Below, in pieces: positions 17,081-28,301 of a stretch of DNA of 64,000 bases. The notes beneath the pieces are model-generated. The model searched no databases and had not been told where the DNA came from. It worked only from the letters and a program-made list of their open reading frames with translations. Position 1 is the stretch's first letter. Every line of letters starts with the position of its first letter. This DNA is from an uncultured Actinomycetota bacterium (GTDB lineage: Bacteria; Actinomycetota; Actinomycetes; JAFAQI01). The translations under genes and the position numbers were made by a program. The DNA is taken from positions 1,440,001-1,504,000 of the forward strand of contig CAVYQE010000001.1 of assembly GCA_963770565.1 (NCBI GenBank). The letters run 5' to 3'.

Positions 17081-18517
17081 TGTGATGTCTCAGGACATCG
17101 GTGACAGTTCTGCATCAGGACATCGGTGACGGTTGATGTGTCAGGACTTCGGTGACACTTCGGAGTTTTTGGGCTGTGGGCCGCGGGGTCGGCCGTTGCC
17201 GACGTAGTGGATGCCGGGTGCTGGTCGGCTGTGCTCGATGAGGATCTCGCCGTTGAGATCACTGACGAGGACCTGGTTGCCGTCGGTGACGATGAGGACC
17301 TGGGCGAAGCGGTGCTGACCGCCGACCATGTAGTGGACCGTGTCGAGCATGAAGGTGCCGCCGCTGGTCAGGGTCTTGAGGTGAGTGTCGTCGGGCAGGT
17401 CTGGTGGGGTTGGGGCTGGCCGGTAACGGTTCTCGGTGGTCCTGTCGATCCACTCAGGCCGATCCGGCCTGGGGCGCGGCGCCTCGGCCTTAGGAGTCGC
17501 GCGCCAGGCGGTTGCCGGTGTGACCCTTCCGGGCAGCGCCTGATGAGGCCGTTCGGTGTTGTAGATCTCATCGAAGGCGTCGACGTGGGCCGCAGCTCGG
17601 CGAGGGTCTCGGCGAGCGGCTGCTTGTCGAGGTAGCGGAACAGGGTCTGGTGGAACCGTTCGTTCTTGCCTTGCGTGGTCGGCTTGTAGGGCTTGCCGGT
17701 GATCGCTTCGATCCCGAGCCGGGACACGTGGTCGACGAGCTGACCGACATAGCCGCGTCGGGACGGGTTCAACGCGAGGCTGTTGTCGGAAAGCAGCCGT
17801 TGCGGAACGCCGTGGGCCGCGACCGCCTTGTCGAACACCGCGATCGCGGCCTCGGCGGTCTCGGTCCACGCGACGTGGGAGCCGACCGCGTAGCGGGAAT
17901 GGTCGTCGATCAGCTGGAAGATCACGCACTTGCGGCCGGCGGCCAGCACGTACTCGGTGGCGTCGAGCTGCCAGCAGGCGTTCGGTGCCGGGTAGACGAA
18001 CCGGCGCCATGCCGAACGTGGCTTCTTCTTCGGCTCCCGGCGAGCGACGCCCGCTTCGCGGAAGATCCGCGCCAGTGCCGCGATGGACGGGACCTGCGCC
18101 AAGCCCATCGCCCGCATCTTGTCGTGCACGCTGATCGGCCCGTGATCAAGACCGGACGCCTCCAGCGCCGCACGGACAGCCACCGCCTGCGCTTTGACCT
18201 GGTCGGTCAGCGTCGACGGGCTCGACCTCGGCCGCCGGGACCGAGGCTCAAGCACCGCCGCTGGCCCATCGTCCCGGGCACGTCTCCGCAGCTCGTAGAA
18301 GGACTTGCGGGAGACGCCGTGCTCGGCGCAGAACGTCGACACCGCCCCACGGGGTGCGTCATCAGGCCACCGCGAGATCGCGAGGCGGACACGAGGATCG
18401 ATGGGTTCGCTGATCGCCATCGCCCGAGAATCACGGCCAAAGTGTCACCACCAACATCACCGGAAGTATCACCGATGTCCTGACACAGAACTGTCACCGA
18501 TGTCTTGAGACATGACA
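17081..18517 (-). mobile_element. IS481-family insertion sequence (1437 bp)
   Basis: TGT...ACA ends; about 50-bp imperfect IRs (TGTGATGTCTCAGGACATCGGTGACAGTTCTG / TGTCATGTCTCAAGACATCGGTGACAGTTCTG); flanked by direct repeat GCCGACAATTTCCCG. Confidence 0.9.
17141..18420 (-). pseudogene. IS481-family DDE transposase with a 1-nt frameshift near 17591
   Basis: WQLDATE, IDDHSR, SDN, TQGKNERFHQTL in ORF 17368-18420; continuation HVDAFDEIYNTERPHQAL in ORF ending 17141. Confidence 0.82.
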
Positions 18518-18532
18518 GCCGACAATTTCCCG
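18518..18532 (+). repeat. IS target-site duplication, right copy (15 bp)
   Basis: GCCGACAATTTCCCG, identical to 17066-17080. Confidence 0.88.
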
Positions 18533-18621
18533 TGACAGTTTCCCGCCGGGGCCATGCCTCGACCAGAGCATCAACTTGGTGAGTGCCTCAGACCTACCCG
18601 GACCGAGACGGGGAGTCGCGA

Positions 18622-19968
18622 TTAGATCCCGTGCAGTGGGATGCCGAAGGCCGCGTACATCGCATGGAAGGACCACACGCCAAGGCCGAATATCGCCGCG
18701 ACGCACATCGCGACGCTCAAGCCGGTTCGCCACTGATGGCCCGGGATTCTGGTGATCAGCCATGCGCCGAGCAGCGCGATCGCGCCGAGTGCCGGGACGT
18801 AGAACCTGACTACTTGCACACTTACGCTGGTCGGGTCGGTGGTCCAGGTGTAGGCGAAATAGAGCCCCCAAACCGCAAGCCATGACGCGGCTACGGCGGC
18901 GGCGACCCCCAGGTCACGACGCGCTACCGCGCCGAGTTCGCCGTCCGCGCCTCGCAGGACAAGCGCGCGCATGACGATCCACCCGAGCGCTATGAAGCCC
19001 AGCACGAGCATCGGCATGGCCTGGATCAGATGCTTGGGCATGACTTGCAGGTTCGGCCAGACGGCACCAAGCGCGAATGTGACCTCGCCGGGTGAGTATC
19101 CGGAGCGCAGCACGCCGCCGTACACGAGGTGATTGAAAATGGCCAGGCCCGCGCCGAAGACCGCCGCCGAGGCGAGCCACGAGCTCACCATCCGGTTGGA
19201 GAGACTCGCCGCCGGCCGCCGCCACGCGACGATCACAGTCACGACGGCGCAGCCGAGCACCACGATGTCGGTGTAGCGGACGAAGGTCGCCAGCTCGATC
19301 GCGATGAACCCGGCGAGGCCGACCACTGTCCGCCGACGCGAGGTCGCTTCGGTCGTCAGCACCGCCCACAGCAAGGCGCCGAGTCCCGCCGCGATGAGCG
19401 ACGAATCGGTGAAGGTCGGCATGTAGTCGCGCCAGGCAAACGCCAGCGCTGCACCCGATGAGCAGTACAAGCCCACTGCAGCCAGACCGCCGAACTGGCC
19501 AAGCCAGCGCCGCGCGCCGACAAAGAGCCCCACACAGGCCAGCGCGCCGTAGAACAGCGGCGCCCACCGGATGATGCCGAGCGAATCGAACGGCGCCGCG
19601 AGGAAGGGATAGCCCGGGTCCTTCTCGCTGATGTACCGCCCGTCAGCTAGTTGGACCCACTGGTTGGGTGGGGCGTCCGGGTTGTCGTCAAGGCTCCGCG
19701 CGAGGGTCGTGGCCTGAGCGGTCGACAACGTGAGGAAATGGCCTTGGGTTATCCCCACGATCGAGGCGCGATAGGCACCGTCATCGGGCTCGGCGCTCTT
19801 CGGTGCCGCCAATAGCACCGCGATGCACAACGCCGCGAACACGGCAGAGGCGAGCGCGGCTTCCACATACGTCGCGCGGCGACTGGGCCTCCGTCCGGTT
19901 GCGGCACCGTCACTTTCCGGTGCACTAGCCGCCTCATCGCGCGTGGTGCTTCCGATCTCGCGGTTCAT
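18622..19968 (-). CDS. Polytopic membrane protein, possibly a GT-C fold glycosyltransferase
   Basis: Many hydrophobic segments; EPDD acidic motif after first TM, PGYPFL, RFYVP; family assignment is inference. Confidence 0.65.
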   Translation of the reverse strand: MNREIGSTTRDEAASAPESDGAATGRRPSRRATYVEAALASAVFAALCIAVLLAAPKSAEPDDGAYRASIVGITQGHFLTLSTAQATTLARSLDDNPDAPPNQWVQLADGRYISEKDPGYPFLAAPFDSLGIIRWAPLFYGALACVGLFVGARRWLGQFGGLAAVGLYCSSGAALAFAWRDYMPTFTDSSLIAAGLGALLWAVLTTEATSRRRTVVGLAGFIAIELATFVRYTDIVVLGCAVVTVIVAWRRPAASLSNRMVSSWLASAAVFGAGLAIFNHLVYGGVLRSGYSPGEVTFALGAVWPNLQVMPKHLIQAMPMLVLGFIALGWIVMRALVLRGADGELGAVARRDLGVAAAVAASWLAVWGLYFAYTWTTDPTSVSVQVVRFYVPALGAIALLGAWLITRIPGHQWRTGLSVAMCVAAIFGLGVWSFHAMYAAFGIPLHGI

Positions 19969-20077
19969 GGCTGGCTCCGTTCTGGCTCGGGCCAGCTCGG
20001 TCTACCAAGTCACTGGTGACAGCAGCCCAACAGCGGCTGTTACGCGCGTGTCATCCCGGACAGTGCACGATATTCGG

Positions 20078-20728
20078 ATGAGAGTCCTCGTCGTGGAGGA
20101 TCACGTCGCGTTGGCCAACCGGATCGGCGAAGGCCTACGCGACGCCGGGTTCGCCGTTGACGTGGTGTACGACGGCGCGGTCGCACTCGATAGCGCGACC
20201 AGCACGGACTACGACGTGATCGTTCTCGATCGCGACCTGCCGGTCGTACACGGTGATCGTGTCTGTCGACAGCTGGTGCGCGAAGATGTGTCTAGTCGGA
20301 TCCTGATGCTCACCGCAGCGGCCGAGGTCGAGGACCGGGTGGGCGGTCTCGAGCTCGGCGCGGATGACTACCTGGGTAAGCCATTCGACTTCCAGGAGCT
20401 GATCGCCCGCATCCGTGCGCTCGGGCGGCGCGGAGCGGGTTCGCCAGCGATCGTGCAGCGCGGCGACCTGGTCGTCGACCGGGCCCGGCATCGCGCCAGC
20501 CGAGCCGGCAGCCCCCTGACACTCACGCGCAAGGAGTTCGGCGTGCTGGAGCGACTAGCCGCCGCGGATGGCGCACCCGTCAGCGCCGAGGAGTTGCTCG
20601 AACACGTGTGGGATGCGCATGCCGACCCATTCAGTAACACGGTCGCCGTCACCATCGGACGATTGCGGCGCAAGCTCGGCGATCCCGCGCTCATTGAGAC
20701 CGTCGTCGGTGTCGGCTACCGACTGTGA
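20078..20728 (+). CDS. OmpR-family response regulator (CutR/VanR-like)
   Basis: MRVLVVED, VLDRDLP, GADDYLGKPF, ADPFSNTV, TVVGVGYRL. Confidence 0.92.
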   Translation: MRVLVVEDHVALANRIGEGLRDAGFAVDVVYDGAVALDSATSTDYDVIVLDRDLPVVHGDRVCRQLVREDVSSRILMLTAAAEVEDRVGGLELGADDYLGKPFDFQELIARIRALGRRGAGSPAIVQRGDLVVDRARHRASRAGSPLTLTRKEFGVLERLAAADGAPVSAEELLEHVWDAHADPFSNTVAVTIGRLRRKLGDPALIETVVGVGYRL

Positions 20729-21933
20729 CGATCCGCCTCAGTGCTCGATTCCGGCTCGCGCTGCTCTACACCGTCCTGTTCGCGGCCGGCGGCGCCACGC
20801 TCGTCACCGTCACCTACCTCCTCGTCGCTCACTCATTGCCGGCCCCCTCGACAGCCGCGTCACCGTCGCCCACCCGACAAGCAATTTTGAAATGCCTCCA
20901 GGCAGCGCGGTCGGGAGGGGTCACAGCAGCGGACGCCAAGCGGACCTGCGTTGCGCTCTACGCCAATGGCGTCCACGCCGGTGCGTCGGCCGAGCGCAGC
21001 AGAACCCTCGCGCATCTGCTGACCTACTCGCTGATCGGCCTGGCCTGCCTGACCGCGCTTGCGTTGGTCGCCGGCTGGCTTCTGGCCGGACGCATTCTCC
21101 AGCCGGTGCATCGGATCACCGCTGCTGCCCGGGTGGCGAGTGAGCAGAACCTCTCGCAGCGTCTCGATCTCACCGGCCCCCGCGACGAGTTGCGGGAACT
21201 CGCCGACACCTTCGACGCGATGCTCGAACGACTCGACAACGCTTTCACGAGCCAGCGGCGGTTCATCGCCAATGCAAGCCACGAGCTGCGTACGCCGCTC
21301 ACGGTGATGCGCACCGCGATCGATGTGGTTCTTGCCAAGCCGAAGCCGACACTCGACGAGCTGCGATCGATGGCGGCCGAGGTGCGATCTGCCGTCGATC
21401 ATGCAGAGCGGCTCATCGAGGCACTCCTTGTACTCGCACGGAACGAGCAGGCGCGGAGTCTCACCGAACTCGTGGACCTCGCCGCCGTCACCGAAGACGC
21501 CCTCGAAGAACGCGTCGGCAGCGGCCTGAAGATCATCACCAAGCTCGGCGAAGCGCCCGTAACCGGCGACGCCGTGCTGCTCGAACGGCTCGCCGTCAAC
21601 CTGATCGACAACGCCGAGCGGTACAACGTCCCCGACGGCAGCATCACGATCTCCACCGGTATCGACGGCGATACCTCCCTGCTGCGGATCGTTAACACCG
21701 GCCCAGTTGTACCGGCCGAGGATGTTGACCGGCTGTTCCAGCCCTTCACGCGCCTCGATGACCGCACTCGACACCAAGGTTTCGGCCTCGGCCTCACCCT
21801 GGTGTCCTCAATCGCTGCCGTACACGGCGGCACCACCGCAGCGATCGCCGTCCCCTCCGGTGGGCTGGACATCAGCGTCTACCTTCCGCGTCGTCGCTCC
21901 GCCAGGACCGCGGCGCCGCCCGCCGCCATCTGA
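20725..21933 (+). CDS. HAMP-domain sensor histidine kinase (CutS/VanS-like)
   Basis: Two TM helices, HAMP, FIANASHELRTPL, NLIDNAERYN, GFGLGL. Confidence 0.92.
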   Translation: MTIRLSARFRLALLYTVLFAAGGATLVTVTYLLVAHSLPAPSTAASPSPTRQAILKCLQAARSGGVTAADAKRTCVALYANGVHAGASAERSRTLAHLLTYSLIGLACLTALALVAGWLLAGRILQPVHRITAAARVASEQNLSQRLDLTGPRDELRELADTFDAMLERLDNAFTSQRRFIANASHELRTPLTVMRTAIDVVLAKPKPTLDELRSMAAEVRSAVDHAERLIEALLVLARNEQARSLTELVDLAAVTEDALEERVGSGLKIITKLGEAPVTGDAVLLERLAVNLIDNAERYNVPDGSITISTGIDGDTSLLRIVNTGPVVPAEDVDRLFQPFTRLDDRTRHQGFGLGLTLVSSIAAVHGGTTAAIAVPSGGLDISVYLPRRRSARTAAPPAAI

Positions 21934-22221
21934 CGGTCAGCTTCATCACCTTCCAACTCTGCAACGCGATTGACAACCGCCGTGAAACAGACACGTGAGC
22001 ATTTGTCAGAACCGCCGGTCGAGGCGGCGCCGTTTCGTCTTACACCTCGCACGCGAAGTCGGCTCGGCGCGTTCTCGTCTGACCAGCAACCCGTGATCGG
22101 GAACGCCGGTTCCTGCACGTCGGGGAACGGCGCTTCCACAGACTTGATGGGCAGCGACCGATACTCTCGCCGAAACTTGCGGTCCCTCGATTGATTCGCC
22201 GGCGCAGGAGGCACCCAGCCG

Positions 22222-22629
22222 ATGTCCATGCCGACCCTCGTTGGCTTGCGCAATGTCAAGGTTCCGGTCACCGATCTTGCCGTCGCGCTCGATTGGTACG
22301 ACCGGGTGCTGGGCTTCCGAACCCTCATCGAGTTTCCAGACAGCAATGGAGTCGTTCGTGGCGTGCATGGCGAGCTACCCGGCATCGGCGCCGTACTAGC
22401 GCTCCGCGAGGACCCGGAGGCAGCGCGCGGGCTGGGTGTGTTCGCGATCGCGAACTTCGAAGTCGCGGACCGAGACGCGCTCGAGACCTGGGGCAGGCAT
22501 CTCGACACGCTCGATGTGGCGCACAAGCCGATCTTCGACTCCGTGCACGGATCAGTCCTCGTCTTCGACAATCCCGACGGCCAGGAGATCCACCTCTACG
22601 CCACAGCTCTCGCGAGCGACGCCTCGTAG
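22222..22629 (+). CDS. VOC/glyoxalase family protein
   Basis: VPVTDLAVALDWYDRVLGF...NPDGQEIHL; AGGAGG RBS. Confidence 0.8.
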   Translation: MSMPTLVGLRNVKVPVTDLAVALDWYDRVLGFRTLIEFPDSNGVVRGVHGELPGIGAVLALREDPEAARGLGVFAIANFEVADRDALETWGRHLDTLDVAHKPIFDSVHGSVLVFDNPDGQEIHLYATALASDAS

Positions 22630-22653
22630 GTCGGCTCGGCTTGAGCCGGGTCG

Positions 22654-22899
22654 CTACTGCCGCGTGGAGAACTCCTTGAAGTCTGGGGCGTACGGACCAC
22701 CTCGATGATGGCTCATGCGCCACCTGATCCACCGAATCGGGTGGCGCCAGCCAGAGAGGTCGATCGGCTTGTGTCTGTACCAACTGAGCGGTACGCCGAG
22801 CACGCGATTCTCGGTGGGATCAACAAGGGGCCGAATGTGCCCAGGTTCAACGGGCATTCCCAGCCAGTGTTGAGGCTCGTGCTCGGGCTTCTCGGCCAT
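22654..22899 (-). CDS. Small hypothetical protein
   Basis: AGGAGG RBS before ATG, 81 aa, Trp/His/Arg rich; no family recognised. Confidence 0.5.
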   Translation of the reverse strand: MAEKPEHEPQHWLGMPVEPGHIRPLVDPTENRVLGVPLSWYRHKPIDLSGWRHPIRWIRWRMSHHRGGPYAPDFKEFSTRQ

Positions 22900-22991
22900 C
22901 TGTGCCTCCTCGCACCGCACGCGCGGGTTCGGTGCAGACCACCATGATGCCGCGTCGGCGGGCCGTCGTTGGGATGTGCTGCACTACGGGC

Positions 22992-23366
22992 ATGACAGCG
23001 ATTGCGCGGCTGGCCGCCGTTTCCCTCGATGCCTCCGACCCCGCCGAGCTGGGTGCGTTCTATCGCGACCTGCTCGGACTCACCGTCATGTGGGAGTCGC
23101 CGGAGTTCGTTGCGCTCGACGGTGCCGGCATCTACCTGACGGTGCAGCGGGTCGAGGACCACCGGCCGCCGGACTGGCCGAGTGGCAACGCGCCCAAGCA
23201 GATGCATCTCGAGCTGGCGGTCAGCGACCTCGAAGCCGCCGAGGGTGCGGCGATCGCGCTCGGCGCCCGCAAGGCCGAAACCCAGGCCTCGCCCGAGCGC
23301 TGGCGGGTGCTGATCGACCCGGCCGGCCACCCGTTCTGCGTCACGACCCTGATCCCCGACAGTTGA
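22992..23366 (+). CDS. VOC/glyoxalase family protein
   Basis: DASDPAELGAFYRDLLG, KQMHLEL, WRVLIDPAGHPFC. Confidence 0.88.
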   Translation: MTAIARLAAVSLDASDPAELGAFYRDLLGLTVMWESPEFVALDGAGIYLTVQRVEDHRPPDWPSGNAPKQMHLELAVSDLEAAEGAAIALGARKAETQASPERWRVLIDPAGHPFCVTTLIPDS

Positions 23367-23707
23367 TCAACGTCGACGAGGACACCTTCGGGGAGCTGGT
23401 CGAGGCCGCCCTCGCCAGCATCCCGGACGGGCTTCGCAAGATGATGCGCAACGTCGCGGTCGCGGTCGAGGACATGGGTCCGTCGCCGAACCTGCTCGGG
23501 CTCTACCACGGGGTGCCGCTGACCGCGCGTACGACGTCGTACGCCGGAGTGCTGCCGGATCAGATCACCATCTACCGGCTGCCGATCCTGAGGCACTGCC
23601 AGACCATCGACGACGTCGTACGCCAAGTGCGGACCACCGTCGTCCACGAGGTCGCCCACCACTTCGGGATCAGCGACGAACGGCTGCACGAGCTCGGCGC
23701 TTACTAA
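23363..23707 (+). CDS. Zincin-like metallopeptidase family protein
   Basis: LLGLYHGVPLT, PDQITIYR, HEVAHHFGISD (HEXXH). Confidence 0.88.
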   Translation: MINVDEDTFGELVEAALASIPDGLRKMMRNVAVAVEDMGPSPNLLGLYHGVPLTARTTSYAGVLPDQITIYRLPILRHCQTIDDVVRQVRTTVVHEVAHHFGISDERLHELGAY

Positions 23708-23832
23708 AACTCGGGTGACTCGACCGGCCGGCCGGGTTACGGTCATCCCCAACGACGACGGAACGGAGGTGGCTGCCATGCGTGACATCGCTTTCGCCTG
23801 CCCGCGCCCCTCCACCTTCGAAAGGCTTTCCG

Positions 23833-24858
23833 TTGTCCGGACTTCTGTCGTCCCTCGGCTGGGACGACCGCTTCGCGGCTGACTTCACGCCGTATCTCGA
23901 CTCACACGTCCCTGCTCGCGTCATCCGCGTCGACCGCGGCGCCGCTGACGTCCTCGGCGCGGCCGGCGTACGACGGGTGCCGCTCGGCGCCGACCTGAAC
24001 GACGTCACCGTCGGTGACTGGCTGGCACTTGGCGAGGACGCTGCTGCCGCCGTCCTGCCGCGACGGACCGCGATCCGGCGGGCCTCGTCGACCGGCGAGT
24101 CGGTTGCGCAGGCCCTCGTCGCCAACATCGACCTGGTGCTCGTGGTGGTGCCTGCGATTCCGAGGCCCCGACTGGGAATGGTCGAGCGGCTGGTCTCGCT
24201 CAGCTGGGACAGCGGGGCAACCCCGGTCGTCGTCATCACCAAGATCGACGTGTCGCCCGACCCTGAGGGCGTCCGCGCCGAGGTAGCCGAGTCGGCACCC
24301 GGCTGCGAGGTCGTGATGGTCAGCGCGTTCACCGGCGAGGGGATGGTCGAGCTGGCCGGATTCGACCGGTCCGGCACGTCGCTGTGCCTCCTCGGTCGAT
24401 CCGGCGCCGGCAAGTCCACCCTGGCCAACGCCTTGCTCGGTATCGACCAAATGGCGGTCTCAGAGGTACGACGGGACGGCAAGGGCCGGCACACGACCAC
24501 CCACCGGGAGCTGATGGCGCTGCCCAACGGCGGTGTGCTCATCGACACCCCGGGTCTGCGCGGGGTCGGGATGTGGATCGCCGACAACGGGGTCGCGCAG
24601 ACCTTCCCGGAGATCGAGTCGCTGGCCGAGCTATGTCGCTTCAGCGACTGCGGCCACGTCAGCGAGCCGGGCTGCGCGGTGCTCGAGGCGATCCTTGACG
24701 GGAGCCTGCCGCAGCGACGCCTGGACAGCTGGCGCAAGCTGGGGCGTGAGGCCGAGTGGATTGCCGCCCGGACCGACGTCCGGCTGCGGCGGGAACGGGC
24801 CAGGGTCTGGCGGACGATCTCGGCCGAGACCCGCCGCTCCGGCCGGATCCGGCCCTGA
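23833..24858 (+). CDS. rsgA: Ribosome small subunit-dependent GTPase A
   Basis: Circularly permuted GTPase TKID, GRSGAGKST, GRHTTT, DTPG, Zn site CRFSDCGH..EPGC; start uncertain (TTG). Confidence 0.92.
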   Translation: MSGLLSSLGWDDRFAADFTPYLDSHVPARVIRVDRGAADVLGAAGVRRVPLGADLNDVTVGDWLALGEDAAAAVLPRRTAIRRASSTGESVAQALVANIDLVLVVVPAIPRPRLGMVERLVSLSWDSGATPVVVITKIDVSPDPEGVRAEVAESAPGCEVVMVSAFTGEGMVELAGFDRSGTSLCLLGRSGAGKSTLANALLGIDQMAVSEVRRDGKGRHTTTHRELMALPNGGVLIDTPGLRGVGMWIADNGVAQTFPEIESLAELCRFSDCGHVSEPGCAVLEAILDGSLPQRRLDSWRKLGREAEWIAARTDVRLRRERARVWRTISAETRRSGRIRP

Positions 24859-24919
24859 CTTTCGGGATCCCTCGGTCTGTCGGACTGAGATCGTCGGCCC
24901 TCGGCGGTAGCGTCGGCGG

Positions 24920-25648
24920 ATGCCCGACGATGCACCTGTCCAGTTCCGGTCCGAGATCTCCGTCGACCTCGTGAAGGCCAGCGCCAGCGATTCCGACGTG
25001 GTCTGGGCGGCGCGGGTCTCGACCGCCGGCGAGGCGTCGATCGAGGCACGCGAGCAGGATCCGGAGCGCAACGCCGGCCTGATCCGGTTCCTCATGCGCG
25101 ACCGGCACGGCACGCCGTTCGAGCACAACTCGATGACCTTCCTGATCAGCGCGCCGATCTTCGTGTTCCGGGAGTTCATGCGCCACCGGGTGGGCTGGAG
25201 CTACAACGAGGAGAGCGCGCGCTATCGCCAGCTGGAGCCGGTGTTCTACGTGCCCGGCCCGGATCGCAAGCTGGTGCAGGAAGGCAAGCCCGGCCACTAC
25301 ATCTTTGTCGACGGCACGCCCTTGCAGCACAAGATCGTGGTCGAGGCCACCGAGGAAGCCTGCCGGCAGGGCTATCGCGCCTATCTCGAGATGCTCGAGG
25401 CCGGGGTGGCCCGCGAGGTCGCTCGCGGCGTGCTGCCGGTGGCGACGTACTCCTCGATGTACGCGACCTGCAACGCCCGCTCGCTGATGCATTTCCTGGC
25501 GTTGCGGACCAAGCACGAGGACTCGATGTTCCCATCGTTCCCGCAGCGCGAGATAGAGATGGTCGCCGAGGGCATGGAGGCGCACTTCCGGGAGCTGATG
25601 CCGATCGTGCATGCGGCGTTCGAGGCCAACGGCAGAGTCGCGCCGTAA
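24920..25648 (+). CDS. thyX: FAD-dependent thymidylate synthase
   Basis: HGTPFEH, REFMRHRVGWSYNEESARY, AREVAR. Confidence 0.96.
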   Translation: MPDDAPVQFRSEISVDLVKASASDSDVVWAARVSTAGEASIEAREQDPERNAGLIRFLMRDRHGTPFEHNSMTFLISAPIFVFREFMRHRVGWSYNEESARYRQLEPVFYVPGPDRKLVQEGKPGHYIFVDGTPLQHKIVVEATEEACRQGYRAYLEMLEAGVAREVARGVLPVATYSSMYATCNARSLMHFLALRTKHEDSMFPSFPQREIEMVAEGMEAHFRELMPIVHAAFEANGRVAP

Positions 25649-25661
25649 TATCGTCAGAGAC

Positions 25662-26549
25662 ATGAACGCACCGTTCGGGCGCGTACTGACCGCCATGGTG
25701 ACGCCGTTCACGGCGGATGGCGGGCTCGACCTCGACAGCGCTCAGGCGCTCGCGAGCCATCTCGTCGGCCAGGGCTGCGACGGCCTGGTGATCAGTGGCA
25801 CGACCGGCGAGTCGCCGACCACCACCGACGAGGAGAAGGACTCGCTTCTGCGCGCCGTCATCGAGGCGGTCGGTGACCGAGCCCAGGTCGTCGCCGGCGT
25901 CGGCACCTACGACACCGCGCACACCGTCGAGGGCGCGAAGCACGCCGAGAAGGCCGGCGCGGCCGGCCTGCTGATCGTCACGCCGTACTACTCCAAGCCG
26001 CCGCAGGCCGGGTTGATCAAGCACTTCACCGCGGTTGCCGACGCGACCGGCCTGCCGGCGATGCTCTACGACATCCCCGGGCGCACCGGCACCCCGATCC
26101 GGACCGAGACGTTGATCCGGCTGGCCGAGCATCCGCAGATCGTGGCGGTCAAGGACGCCAAGGGCGACCTGTTCGCGACCACCCAGGTGCTGGCGGAGAC
26201 CGACCTCGCGTACTACTCCGGCGAGGACGCGCTCAACCTCCCGTTGCTCGCGATCGGTGCGTGCGGCATGGTCAGCGTGGTGGCGCACGTGTGCGCCGCA
26301 CAGTACGTCGCGATGGTGCGCGCGGTGGACGCGGGCGACCTGGTCGAGGCGCGGCGCATCAACGAAGCCGTAATACCCGCGGTGCGGGGCATCATGACCC
26401 ACACCCAGGGCGCGATCGCCGCGAAGGCGGCGCTGGAACTGCTCGGGCTCTTGCCGTACCGGACCACGCGGCCGCCACTGATCGACGCAACCGACGAGGA
26501 GATTGCCACATTACGAGCGGACCTGAAGGCCGCCGGACTGACCCGGTGA
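25662..26549 (+). CDS. dapA: 4-hydroxy-tetrahydrodipicolinate synthase
   Basis: TAMVTPF, GTTGES, YDIPGRT, AVKDA. Confidence 0.96.
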   Translation: MNAPFGRVLTAMVTPFTADGGLDLDSAQALASHLVGQGCDGLVISGTTGESPTTTDEEKDSLLRAVIEAVGDRAQVVAGVGTYDTAHTVEGAKHAEKAGAAGLLIVTPYYSKPPQAGLIKHFTAVADATGLPAMLYDIPGRTGTPIRTETLIRLAEHPQIVAVKDAKGDLFATTQVLAETDLAYYSGEDALNLPLLAIGACGMVSVVAHVCAAQYVAMVRAVDAGDLVEARRINEAVIPAVRGIMTHTQGAIAAKAALELLGLLPYRTTRPPLIDATDEEIATLRADLKAAGLTR

Positions 26550-26559
26550 GCTGGGGCGC

Positions 26560-28248
<1,689 letters not shown>

Positions 28249-28301
28249 CCCGCCCCGCGTGGCTGGTGTGACTCATGTGACGCGCGAGATAGGCTCCTCG
28301 G

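Noticed and set aside
17090-17156. Three spaced copies of TCAGGACATCGGTGAC resembling a mini-CRISPR
   Set aside because: 16-bp units with only 9-10 bp gaps, mirrored in inverted form at the other IS end; these are subterminal transposase-binding repeats and no cas genes are present
21934-22221. About 290-bp intergenic region, possible ncRNA or riboswitch
   Set aside because: No recognisable riboswitch motif or convincing structure by eye
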